Positions 20,342 through 30,500 of a DNA stretch of 64,000 bases are shown piece by piece. How positions within the stretch are numbered: position 1 is the stretch's first letter; the number at the start of each line of letters is the position of its first letter. This DNA is from Sulfurimonas sp. (GTDB lineage Bacteria; Campylobacterota; Campylobacteria; Campylobacterales; Sulfurimonadaceae). Made by a program: the position numbers and the translations under genes. The stretch is from the NCBI GenBank assembly GCA_021648405.1, contig JAKISX010000002.1, positions 3,925 through 67,924 of the forward strand, given 5' to 3'. The notes beneath the pieces were generated by a model. It did not search any database. It was given only the letters and a program-made list of their open reading frames with translations, and was not told the origin of the DNA.

Positions 20342-21209
20342 TTATAACACCGCAAATTCTTTTAATTGTTAACGCTATGCGATGAGATGGTATATGTAGA
20401 TAATTATCATCTATAATATGTATTTTATTAGTTTTAGATGCAATAGTTGGGATTTTTTTCCAAGCATTTAAAGCTTCATCTATATCTACATTTGATTCTG
20501 TAGCATGTGAGTGTAAGATAATAATAATTTCTGGATTTAAAGCAATGACATTTTCATAATTAAGAACTGGTTGGGTAGTAGAGTTTGATGCATAGGTATT
20601 ATAGCCGCCACATTTATCTATTATTTCATTAAAAAATATAGATTTTGAAGCTATATATATACCTGAGCGTAAGTCACTGCGGAGTCCGTAAACTATCATA
20701 ACGGAGTGAGATTTTTTTGTTTTCTTAATATTTTTTATTGCTAAGTCTATGTTTTTTATTAGTTTAGTAGATTCCCAGTTGTCATACTCTTGTGGTAGAA
20801 GCTGAGAATGACCATTTTGAGTCATTCTCGGGCTTGACCCGGGAATCTTTTTATCCAAAATCAAAATAGAGTTTTTTATAGAGTCTATGCTTTTTAAATC
20901 TAACATCAAAGTTTTTATCCCAAAATGTTTTAATTTTTGCAGTGTAGATGCATTAAAACTTTGTCCTACAACTAAGCTAGGCTTATGTGATAGAATTTTT
21001 TCAATATGTGGATTTTCATATCCACCTATAACAGGAAGAGACTGTGCCTTTTTAGGGTAAAGCGAGTATGATGAGGTAGCTACTAAAGTATCACCCTTGT
21101 CTAAAGCATAAATAATCTCTGTAATTGAAGGACTAAGAGAGATTATTCTCTCATTAGCCGATAGATTAAGTATAAAAAAAAGAGTTATTAAAAAAGTTTT
21201 TATACCCAT
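20334..21209 (-). CDS. btuF: Periplasmic cobalamin-binding protein carrying an in-frame repeat insertion
   Basis: Signal peptide, RIISLSPSITEIIYAL, EKILSHKP, LNPEIII; atypical segment IPGSSPRMTQNGHSQLLPQEYDNWES. Confidence 0.85.
   Translation of the reverse strand: MGIKTFLITLFFILNLSANERIISLSPSITEIIYALDKGDTLVATSSYSLYPKKAQSLPVIGGYENPHIEKILSHKPSLVVGQSFNASTLQKLKHFGIKTLMLDLKSIDSIKNSILILDKKIPGSSPRMTQNGHSQLLPQEYDNWESTKLIKNIDLAIKNIKKTKKSHSVMIVYGLRSDLRSGIYIASKSIFFNEIIDKCGGYNTYASNSTTQPVLNYENVIALNPEIIIILHSHATESNVDIDEALNAWKKIPTIASKTNKIHIIDDNYLHIPSHRIALTIKRICGVIND
20768..20848. repeat. Inverted doublet of REP-like palindromes inside btuF (81 nt)
   Basis: 45-nt unit TAGATTCCC...GAGAATGAC, 8-nt spacer, then GTCATTCTCGGG-CTTGA-CCCGGGAATCT. 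Confidence 0.88.
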
Positions 21210-21218
21210 GTTGTTCTC

Positions 21219-23075
21219 TTAAAATTTAGCATTTATGCCTATATAAGCACTAAGTGGAGCAGTTGCATAGCCATCTACAACTTGATAGTATTTATCAAAA
21301 AGATTATCTACTTTGATATATGCAGAAAAGTTTTTGTTAATATCGTAATTGCTTACAAGGTTTATAACTGTATATTTCCCAGTTTGTTCACCTGTATCAT
21401 CTTTTTTATCATATCTTTTCCCGATATATTCACCAAAAACACCAACATGTAAACTATCCATTGGATAATAATCAACACTTAATTTTATAGTCTGCTTAGG
21501 TCTTCTAGCCAAATTTTTACCATCTTTATCTTTTGCACTAAGTAAGTAATAATTTATTGATAATAAAATTTCCTCTGTAATATTTCTATGGTATTGAAAT
21601 TCGTAGCCCTTAAATACACTTTTTCCATCAAGATTTTTATAAATTGCTGGATTTCCGCCCCAACCATCTGGATCATACCACTCTATTAAGTCAGTAACTT
21701 CATTGTAAAAATATGTAGCTTTAAAGTTTTCATAACCCATTGAGATATCAAAACTCTTAGTATCTTCAGGGTTTAAATCACTATTAACTGCTCCCCAAGG
21801 ATTCAACTCTTGTACTATATTTGGAACATTGTAAGCAAGTCCAGCATTAGAGCTTACAAATATATTTTGGCTTATATTATATTTAATGCCCAGTTTTCCT
21901 GTAGCTTTGGAATCAAAATTATTATAATCATCATACCTAATGCTCTGAGTTAAAATAATTTTATTTATATTGTTTGAGTTTGTAAGATAAATATAGTTAT
22001 TTTTATTCTTTTTTTGTTTATTTGAACTATCTGTTAGGATATAATTAACATCATCACTACTGCTCCCAAGCCCAATTATTACATAATCCTCTTGATTATA
22101 CTTTATATTGTCATTGAACTCTATATTGTTATATTCTCCCTCAAGCTCTTTAACATATTCACTTCCCCATGCCCCAACCGTCCCAATCTCATCTCTTGAA
22201 AAATCACTTTTTTCCACTTTAAGTGTAAAATTATGATTGCTATAGGTTTGTGCGTATGAGAGATTGTATAGTCTATTTGAGATATCACTCTTCATACTTT
22301 TATCATCAGGGTTACCAAAGCTGTCATAATCTTTTAATGCGTCTATATCTATTATGTTTAGAGTGATTTTTGCATCATCAGTTATATTATAGCCAGCCTT
22401 TAGGCTTATAGTTAGGTTTGAATAACTATCATCCTCATACTTATCAATATCTTCATTTATTGGAGATTGAACACTAAAACCATCACTGGTAATTTTGTTT
22501 GCACCAAGCTTTATGTCAAATTTTGAAGTCTTATGAGAGATAGTAGCCCCAAATTTTTTAGTATTAAAACTTCCAGCTTCAAGGTTTACACTGCCACTTG
22601 TTCCTTTTTTTGCACTTTTAGTAATGATATTAATAACTCCAGCACTGGCATCAGCACCCCAAATTCCGCTTTGTGCACCTTTTATAACTTCTATTTGCTC
22701 AATGCCTTGAATCATTAGATGTTGAATATTTGCACCACTTGTACTTGATGGATCTTGATATCTAATACCATCAACTAGTACAAGGGTTCTGTTGTTTCCA
22801 GCACCTCTTAGGTATATAGAAGTTGTACTTCCAAGACCACCGTTACTAGTATAATTTATACCGACAATACCGCTTAACGCTTCTCTAAGAGTTGTATAGT
22901 GCTTCTCCTTGATTTCTTCAGTTGTAATCACATTTACATTAGAAGTAACATCTTCTATGGATTGTAAAGTTTTTGTTGCACTTGTTACTTTGATAGGCTC
23001 TAGCTCTACAGTTTGGGCGTTAAGTGAGCTCAATAGAGCAGCTGATATTAGTGAATATTTAATTGTTTTTTTCAT
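21219..23075 (-). CDS. btuB: TonB-dependent cobalamin receptor
   Basis: Signal peptide, TonB-box-like IKVTSA, plug (IYLRGA..TLVLVDG..IEVIKGAQSGIWGADA), C-terminal NLFDKYY...AKF; heads the btu/cob cluster. Confidence 0.88.
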   Translation of the reverse strand: MKKTIKYSLISAALLSSLNAQTVELEPIKVTSATKTLQSIEDVTSNVNVITTEEIKEKHYTTLREALSGIVGINYTSNGGLGSTTSIYLRGAGNNRTLVLVDGIRYQDPSSTSGANIQHLMIQGIEQIEVIKGAQSGIWGADASAGVINIITKSAKKGTSGSVNLEAGSFNTKKFGATISHKTSKFDIKLGANKITSDGFSVQSPINEDIDKYEDDSYSNLTISLKAGYNITDDAKITLNIIDIDALKDYDSFGNPDDKSMKSDISNRLYNLSYAQTYSNHNFTLKVEKSDFSRDEIGTVGAWGSEYVKELEGEYNNIEFNDNIKYNQEDYVIIGLGSSSDDVNYILTDSSNKQKKNKNNYIYLTNSNNINKIILTQSIRYDDYNNFDSKATGKLGIKYNISQNIFVSSNAGLAYNVPNIVQELNPWGAVNSDLNPEDTKSFDISMGYENFKATYFYNEVTDLIEWYDPDGWGGNPAIYKNLDGKSVFKGYEFQYHRNITEEILLSINYYLLSAKDKDGKNLARRPKQTIKLSVDYYPMDSLHVGVFGEYIGKRYDKKDDTGEQTGKYTVINLVSNYDINKNFSAYIKVDNLFDKYYQVVDGYATAPLSAYIGINAKF

Positions 23076-23097
23076 ATTTTCCCTAAATAATTTTGTA

Positions 23098-23142
23098 TAG
23101 ATTCCCAGCTATTATACCCTTGTCGTACAAGTTGAGAATGAC
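23098..23142. repeat. Single 45-nt long-loop REP-like unit upstream of btuB
   Basis: 38/45 identical (hand alignment) to 20768-20812. Confidence 0.85.
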
Positions 23143-23403
23143 GAATGTGTCAAGTTTTGTGGTGTATTGTGTTGTTAATTTTGAATGACTATGAAGATGG
23201 AGGTGAGGCTATTTTTATGGTTAGTGGTTTTCCGTTAAGTGTGCAAACACAGACACTAAGTTTTGAGATTTTCACTAAAGAGATATAGGCTTGAATTGCT
23301 ACTAATGAGAAGTAATGTTTACCAAACCCTTTAGGAATCATTTTATCCAAACCTTTTCTTATGTTTTTGCAATTATAACTAAAAAATCAGCTAAAATAAA
23401 TTT

Positions 23404-24732
23404 ATGAAACTATCACATTTAAGACAAATCATTATCTATTTGCAGAAATTTCAAAAAATTTCTGCAATCTATAGAGTTAGTGACACCATACTCAAAATAG
23501 CATTTGACAAAAATGATGAGATATATTTTAACATGATGCGTTCTAATTCTTCAATGTTTAGATGTGAATCATACTCAAGAAGTAAAGTTTACAACGCACC
23601 ATTTGATGTAGTTTTAGCAAAAAGATTTAATCGTTCAAATATTTTAAATGTAGAACTTCTAAACGATGATAAAATAGTGCGATTTAAAACTTCTATAGCT
23701 TCAGCTTATAAAGAAGAGATTACATATTTGCAGTTTGAGTTTACTGGCAAATATACAAATATAATAATTTTAGATGAGCAAAATACAGTACTTGAAGCTC
23801 TTAGGCATGTTGATTTATTTTCATCATTTCGTGAAGTTAGAGTTGGGCAAAAACTATTAGATATACCAAATGCGCCATTTGTTGCAAAAGAGTATCCACT
23901 TGAAGATATAGAGGAGTTTTTGTACAGTGTTTACGAAAAAGAGACAGGTCAAAAATTAGACTCACTAAAAAAACAAAAAATCTCTTTGATAAACAAAAAA
24001 TTATCAAAATTAAAAAAGCTTTATAAAAATCTTGATGATGAACAAAAGCTTCAAGAGGAGATACAAACATCACAACATTATGGAAATTTAGTTTTAGCAT
24101 CATTACATAAAATAAAACCCTATGCAAAGGTTTTAGAGCTTGAAGATTATGATGGAGAAGTAGTAAAGATAAAATTAGAAAAAAGTTTTAAATCGGCCTC
24201 TGCAATTGCTGACTTTTTCTTTGCTAAAAGTAAAAAAGCAAAACAAAAAGCAAAAAATCTGCATATTCAAAAAGACTCTTTAAGTTCAAAAATAAATCAT
24301 AACGAGCTTTTTATAAATACAATAAAAGATGCAAAAGATGTAGCAAAAATAGAGCTACTTTTTCCAAAACAACTCAAAAATAAAAAGATAAAAAAAGATG
24401 ATTCTATAGAGACTTTTTGGATAGAGGGCTATAAAATTCAGCTTGGAAAAAATGAAAAAGGTAATATTTCTGTACTTAAAAATGCAAGAGCTAAAGATAT
24501 TTGGCTTCATTTAAAAGATCAACCATCTACCCATGTTTTAATCACAACAGATAAGCAAAATGTGCCTCTAGGTATTATAAATGGGGCTGCAAGACTGTGT
24601 GTAGATTTCACAACAACTTCAAAAGATAAGTATTTGGTCGATTATACTCCTAGAAGAGAAGTTACAATGCAAAATGGCGCAAATGTACTTTATAATAAAT
24701 ATAAAACTATAGAGATAGACACGAGGAGTTAA
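23404..24732 (+). CDS. NFACT/RqcH (FbpA-like) ribosome quality-control family protein
   Basis: FEFTGKYTNIIILD; C-terminal GKNEKGN, DIWLHLKDQPSTHV, VDYT. Confidence 0.82.
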   Translation: MKLSHLRQIIIYLQKFQKISAIYRVSDTILKIAFDKNDEIYFNMMRSNSSMFRCESYSRSKVYNAPFDVVLAKRFNRSNILNVELLNDDKIVRFKTSIASAYKEEITYLQFEFTGKYTNIIILDEQNTVLEALRHVDLFSSFREVRVGQKLLDIPNAPFVAKEYPLEDIEEFLYSVYEKETGQKLDSLKKQKISLINKKLSKLKKLYKNLDDEQKLQEEIQTSQHYGNLVLASLHKIKPYAKVLELEDYDGEVVKIKLEKSFKSASAIADFFFAKSKKAKQKAKNLHIQKDSLSSKINHNELFINTIKDAKDVAKIELLFPKQLKNKKIKKDDSIETFWIEGYKIQLGKNEKGNISVLKNARAKDIWLHLKDQPSTHVLITTDKQNVPLGIINGAARLCVDFTTTSKDKYLVDYTPRREVTMQNGANVLYNKYKTIEIDTRS

Positions 24733-24734
24733 AG

Positions 24735-25040
24735 ATGGCTATTGGACCAATTGGAAATGCAATTTTTGTAAATCAAATGACGGCCAATGTAGCTGCAGTT
24801 CAAAACGCTCATAGTAACCGTATAGATTTTCAAAACATGATAGCTCAAGCTGCTGCAAATGAAAAAGAAGAAAAGGTACTAGAGGTTCGTCCAACAGAAG
24901 AAAATCACGAAGTTGATGAAGACCGCGAACATCAAAAAAACGAGGCAGAGCGAGAAACAGATAGAAGTGAGCATGAAGAAAAAGAAGAAGATGAGCAAAT
25001 TTATGGAGATGGGGTTTATAAGCTAGACATTAAAGTGTAA
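24735..25040 (+). CDS. Small acidic hypothetical protein
   Basis: AGGAG RBS; ends in LDIKV. Confidence 0.75.
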   Translation: MAIGPIGNAIFVNQMTANVAAVQNAHSNRIDFQNMIAQAAANEKEEKVLEVRPTEENHEVDEDREHQKNEAERETDRSEHEEKEEDEQIYGDGVYKLDIKV

Positions 25041-25097
25041 TTGGTTATAATCGTATAATAGGTTATGCAGAAAATCTAATTAAATTTAGGAAATTTT

Positions 25098-25847
25098 ATG
25101 TTTGGTAGTCATACAGATAGAGTTATAACTGGTTTAGTTCTTATTGTAGCTGTGCTTTTTATTGGTTGGATAGATAGTTTTTTTATTATGTGGTTAATTC
25201 TTGGAGCCATTTATATACTAGCGTTCAAAGAAGCTACAAAGCTTTTTCAAATAAAAAATAGTAATTTAATTAAGTATGCATTTGGACTTTGGTTATTAGC
25301 TGGAATTTATCCATATGGCGATGACTTGTTTGTTTTAGCAGGTGTAGCTTATGCGAGTGCAGTAGCCTACAATAAAGACTTAGCTTGGGGAGATTTTCTT
25401 CCTTTTATATATCCAACTGCTGGTATGCTCTTTATTCTAACAATGTATCAAGAATATAATATTATTAGTCTTTTATGGCTTTTAATAGTTGTAGCAATGA
25501 CTGATGTTGGTGCTTATGCTATTGGTAAAAGCATTGGTAAAACTAAATTTTGTGAAACAAGTCCAAATAAAACTATGGAGGGTGTTGTTGGTGGTATTGC
25601 TGTTGCAACTTTAAGTGGTATGTTTGTAGGATTATCAATTGTTGATTTATGGACAGCTTTTGTAATATCTTTTGTGGTAGCTACTGCTTCTATCTTTGGT
25701 GATTTGTATGAATCATCTCTTAAGCGCGCAGCAGGTGTGAAAGATAGTGGGGATTTGCTTCCAGGTCATGGCGGAATTCTTGATAGAATAGACGGATATC
25801 TTTTTGGTGCAATTGTAATGCTTGTTCTTTTAAGAGGGCTTGTATAG
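25098..25847 (+). CDS. cdsA: Phosphatidate cytidylyltransferase
   Basis: SPNKTMEG, GDLYESSLKRAAGVKDSG, PGHGGILDRID. Confidence 0.95.
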   Translation: MFGSHTDRVITGLVLIVAVLFIGWIDSFFIMWLILGAIYILAFKEATKLFQIKNSNLIKYAFGLWLLAGIYPYGDDLFVLAGVAYASAVAYNKDLAWGDFLPFIYPTAGMLFILTMYQEYNIISLLWLLIVVAMTDVGAYAIGKSIGKTKFCETSPNKTMEGVVGGIAVATLSGMFVGLSIVDLWTAFVISFVVATASIFGDLYESSLKRAAGVKDSGDLLPGHGGILDRIDGYLFGAIVMLVLLRGLV

Positions 25848-26906
25848 TTGGTATTACTCGGCTCAACAGGCTCTATTGGTGTAAATACTTTAAAAGTTGC
25901 TAAAAAATTAAATATAAAAATAGAAGTTTTAGTAGCTGGTAAAAATATAAAACTTTTAAATGAACAGATTAAAGCCCACAATCCAAAAGTAGTTGTTGTC
26001 TCAAATAAAGAAGACATAAAAGATGTAAATCACAAAAATGTTTATTCTGGAAGTGAAAATATTCTTTTCGTTATAGAAGATGCTAAGAGTGATTTAGTTG
26101 TAAATGCGCTTGTAGGTTTTTTAGGTCTTCGTCCAACTCTTAAAGCTTTAGAGTGTGGCAAAAGAATTGCTTTAGCTAATAAAGAAAGCCTCGTAGCATG
26201 TGGAAATTTCATAGATACAAGTAAAATTCAGCCAATTGACAGCGAACATTTTGGTCTTTGGTATTTAATGCAAAATAGACCAGTACACAAGATGATTATT
26301 ACAGCAAGTGGTGGGGCATTTAGAGACTGGGATATAAAAAAACTTCATAACGCAACACTCTCAGATACTCAAAAACATCCAAACTGGTTAATGGGTCAAA
26401 AGATTACAATAGATTCAGCAACAATGGTAAACAAAATGTTTGAACTTTTAGAAGCTAGGTGGCTGTTTGGTGAGGGGAAATATGATGCTATCATTGAGAC
26501 AAAATCTTTAATTCATGCACTAATTGATTTTAAAGATGGCTCAACTACAGCTCATTTTGCTCATACCAATATGCAACTACCAATAGCTTATGCAGTTGAT
26601 GCAAAGATGGATGAAAATATTTTAGATCATATTGATTTACTTAAAATTGGAAGTTTAGAATTTAGAGAGATAAAAAAAAATAAATATCCTGTTTGGGAAA
26701 TCAAAGAAGATTTACTTAAAAATCCAAATATGGGCGTAGTTGTAAATGCAGCTAATGAAGTAGCAATTCAAAAATTTATAAATAAAGAGATAGGATTTAT
26801 GGATATCTCTAAAATAATCATAAACACCTATGAAAAATACTCTCAGATGCCAAGCAGTGTTGATGAGGTTTTTGAAATAGATAAAAAGATACGAGAGTCT
26901 ATCTAA
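25848..26906 (+). CDS. dxr: 1-deoxy-D-xylulose 5-phosphate reductoisomerase (TTG start)
   Basis: LGSTGSIG, LANKESLV, PIDSEH, HPNWLMGQKITIDSATM, NAANE. Confidence 0.95.
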   Translation: MVLLGSTGSIGVNTLKVAKKLNIKIEVLVAGKNIKLLNEQIKAHNPKVVVVSNKEDIKDVNHKNVYSGSENILFVIEDAKSDLVVNALVGFLGLRPTLKALECGKRIALANKESLVACGNFIDTSKIQPIDSEHFGLWYLMQNRPVHKMIITASGGAFRDWDIKKLHNATLSDTQKHPNWLMGQKITIDSATMVNKMFELLEARWLFGEGKYDAIIETKSLIHALIDFKDGSTTAHFAHTNMQLPIAYAVDAKMDENILDHIDLLKIGSLEFREIKKNKYPVWEIKEDLLKNPNMGVVVNAANEVAIQKFINKEIGFMDISKIIINTYEKYSQMPSSVDEVFEIDKKIRESI

Positions 26907-26911
26907 ATTAG

Positions 26912-27304
26912 ATGATTGATGATATTTTATTAAGTTATATTTTTATATTTGTACTCCTAGAGATGTATGAAGTACAATGGCAAAAAGCTACAACACTCAT
27001 TGGAATGCTTGCTCGAATGTTTGAGTATTATAAAAAAAGTATATTTTTATTTTTAGTTAAACACCCTACATTTTATTTTGCCATTTGGTTTATGGTTGTA
27101 AATGATTATAATATCTATGCAGTTAGTTTATTTGCAATAAAAACACTTGATATTGCAACAAAAATAGTCCTAATGAAGCGGGTATTTATAGATAAAGATA
27201 TATCCCCTGAACTTTCATTGGCTATGTTGACACCTCTTAATAAGTTTTTACCATATATAGGAGTAGTGGCATACCCACCTTTAATATTTTTGGCTATGAG
27301 TTAA
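26912..27304 (+). CDS. Hypothetical membrane protein
   Basis: Hydrophobic 130-aa ORF co-oriented with dxr. Confidence 0.7.
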   Translation: MIDDILLSYIFIFVLLEMYEVQWQKATTLIGMLARMFEYYKKSIFLFLVKHPTFYFAIWFMVVNDYNIYAVSLFAIKTLDIATKIVLMKRVFIDKDISPELSLAMLTPLNKFLPYIGVVAYPPLIFLAMS

Positions 27305-27441
27305 TGCGTAAGCCTCTTAGGGATGAATTATTCCGTTTAAGCTAGTATGGTTTAAGGGGAAGCTTACATTAAAGTCGTATTATTTATGATAAAATACAAC
27401 TTATTTAAATTGTAAAATATGCAAAAAAATTAGAAGTTTAT

Positions 27442-27472
27442 ATAAAAGTATGACAATTTGTCATACTTTTAT
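27442..27472 (+). promoter_or_regulatory. Perfect 31-bp palindromic operator upstream of the R-M gene
   Basis: ATAAAAGTATGACAA-T-TTGTCATACTTTTAT; -10-like TAAGAT at 27493. Confidence 0.8.
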
Positions 27473-27520
27473 GTAGTAACTATTATTTGAACTAAGATAA
27501 ATAAAAAAATAAAGTGAGTA

Positions 27521-30500
27521 ATGATGATAATGAATTCAAATCAAAATGATTTAATAGTTAAATTACAATTTACCCCAAAAGAAAATACTACAAAAATTTA
27601 TCAAAAAAAATACTCAAATCATGATGACTACATCATAGAAATTGATTTAGATAAAAATAGTATAAATTTTGGAAATAGTATTTTTTTTAATGATTCTAAA
27701 AATTCTGTTCAAAAAATCACAAAAGCTGAAGATTTAGTAGTCTTAGAATGTGTAGATAGACTTTTAATAAAAGGCTATAATCCAAAAAATATAATTTTAG
27801 AAAAAATATATCCATCAGGGCATGGTACAAGCGGAAGACTTGATATTTTAGTTACTCGTGATAATAACTCTGCATATTTGATGATAGAATGTAAAACATG
27901 GGACAAAGAGTTTGACAAGGCATTTGTTAAACTTAACAAAGATGGTGGACAACTTTTTACATATTTTCAACAAGATAAAAATGCTGAAGTTCTAGTTTTA
28001 TATGCATCAGAGTTGATAAATGATGAAATAAAATATACAAATCAAATAATAAAAATAGAAGAAGAGTATAAAACAACAAGTAATGTAAAAGATTTTTTTG
28101 ATAGATGGAATAAAGTTCCTAAAAACAATGGTATTTTTGATAGTTGGACAACACCGTATAACTACAAGAGCAAAGCTTTAACACCAAAAGAATTAGTTGA
28201 AATTACAGCAGAAGATAGTTCTAAAATATTTAACCGTTTTATGGAGATACTTAGACATAATGTTGTTTCAGACAAACCTAATGCTTTTAGTAAGATTTTT
28301 ACACTTTTTCTTTGTAAAATTATAGATGAAAAAGATACAAAACAAAATAAAGAATTAAGATTTCAGTGGTTAGAAGGGATAGATACCCATATATCTTTTC
28401 AAAAAAGGCTTACAGATCTTTACAAAAAAGGTATGAAACAATTTTTAGATAAAGAAGTTACAGATTTTAGTGATGATGAATTTGAAGAAAAATTTGGTGA
28501 TTTAGATAATTCTCTTAAAGAGAAATTATTAGAAAAATTTACAGAAATTAGACTTCAAAAAAATAATGAATTTGCCATAAAAGATGTGTTTGACCAAGAA
28601 ACATTTGAAGAGAATGCGATAGTTGTAAAAGAGGTAGTAGAACTACTGCAAAATTATCAGATAAGATATACTAAAAAACAGCAATTTTTAAGTGATTTTT
28701 TTGAATTACTTTTAACAACAGGATTAAAACAAGAAGTTGGTCAGTTTTTTACACCTGTTCCTGTAGCAAGATTTATCATACGAAGTATTCCTTTTGATAA
28801 AATCATAAAAGAAAAATTGATGATAGGTGAGGAAAGAGAACTTTTACCAAATGTTATAGATTATGCTGTAGGGAGTGGGCATTTTATAACAGAAGCCATG
28901 GATGAAATACAAAAAAATATTAATACGATAGACACTAAAGACTTTATTAATGATGTTGTAAATGAAGTAGAAGCTTGGAAAATTAAGCATTTTAGTTGGG
29001 CTTATAATTATGTTTATGGAATAGAAAAAGACTATAGACTTGTAAAAACTGCAAAAGTCGGCTGTTATTTGCATGGTGATGGATTAGCAAAAGTTATTCA
29101 CGGAGATGGACTCTCAAACTTTACAAATACAAAAGAGTTTAAAGGTAAATTGATAAAAAAAGATAAGAATTACCCTCAAGATAACAAACAGTTTGATATG
29201 GTAATTTCCAATCCTCCATATTCTGTAAGTGCATTTAAAAATATCAGTAAAAAGTTTAATAAAGATGATTTTGAACTTTATGAAAAACTAACAGATCAAA
29301 GTAGTGAGATAGAAGCTCTTTTTATAGAGAGAACAAAACAGCTTTTAAAAGATGGTGGGATAGCTGGGATAATCTTGCCAAGTAGCATTCTAAGTAATGG
29401 AGGTATTTACACTAAGACTAGAGAGATATTATTTAAGTACTTTGATATTATCAGCATCACTGAACTTAGCTCAAATACTTTTATGGCAACAAAAACAAGT
29501 ACCGTAGTTCTATTTTTAAGAAGAAAAAACAATATGGAGTATAAAAATATACAAAGCTCTGTTGGTAAACTTTTTGATATAAAAAAAGATATAACAATAA
29601 ATAAAATTGAAAATCCTCTCTTAAGATATATAGAATATGTTTGGGAAGATATAAATATTGATGATTATTTTTCACTTTTAGATAATAATCCAAATAAAAA
29701 AATAAAAACTCATGAGATATATAAAGAGTATGATAAAAAAATAGGTACTCTTGAAAAAATAATTGAACTAGAAAAAGAGAAACTATTTTACTTTATAATG
29801 GTTTATTCTCAAAGAATTGTTGTTGTAAAAACAAAAAAAGGTATTGCCAAAACAAAAGAAGAAAAGAAGAGAGAAACGCAAGAAGAAAAGCAATTTTTAG
29901 GTTATGAATTTAGTAGTAGAAGAGGTAGTGAAGGTATCCACCCAATTCAACGAGGTAAAACTATAGATGAATGTACATCCTTGTATGATGAAACTTCGCA
30001 TACAAATGATTTAAAAGCAAATAGTTATATTTATAGTGCTTTTAATGGAGAGCTTAAAGAGATTGATGAAAGTTTAAAAGATAATATTTCTTATGTAGAC
30101 TTGGTAGATATGATGACTTTTGATAGAGTTGATTTTGATAAAAATATCTCTTTGAGTGTTAAAAAAAAAATAAAGTATGAAAATATATGGGGTATTAATA
30201 ATTTAATTGAATTGAATGTTATTGCAGATGTTGAAAAAGGCACATCGATTACACAAGAAAAAACAATTGAAGGAAAAATTCCTGTAATAGCAGGAGGTCA
30301 AACTCCTGCCTATTATCATAATGAATCAAATAGAGTAGAAAATATCATTACAGTTAGTGCATCTGGAGCTTATTCTGGATATGTGAACTATTTTGATACT
30401 CCTATTTTTGCTTCTGATTGTAATACGGTAAAATCTAAAAATGAAAATAGGATATCAACAAAATTAATCTTTATTTTTTTAAAATATTTGCAACCGTATA

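Noticed and set aside
20779-20788. TTGTCATACT half-match to the recA/dinB/R-M operator
   Set aside because: Half-site only, inside btuF and the repeat, and absent from the sister repeat copy
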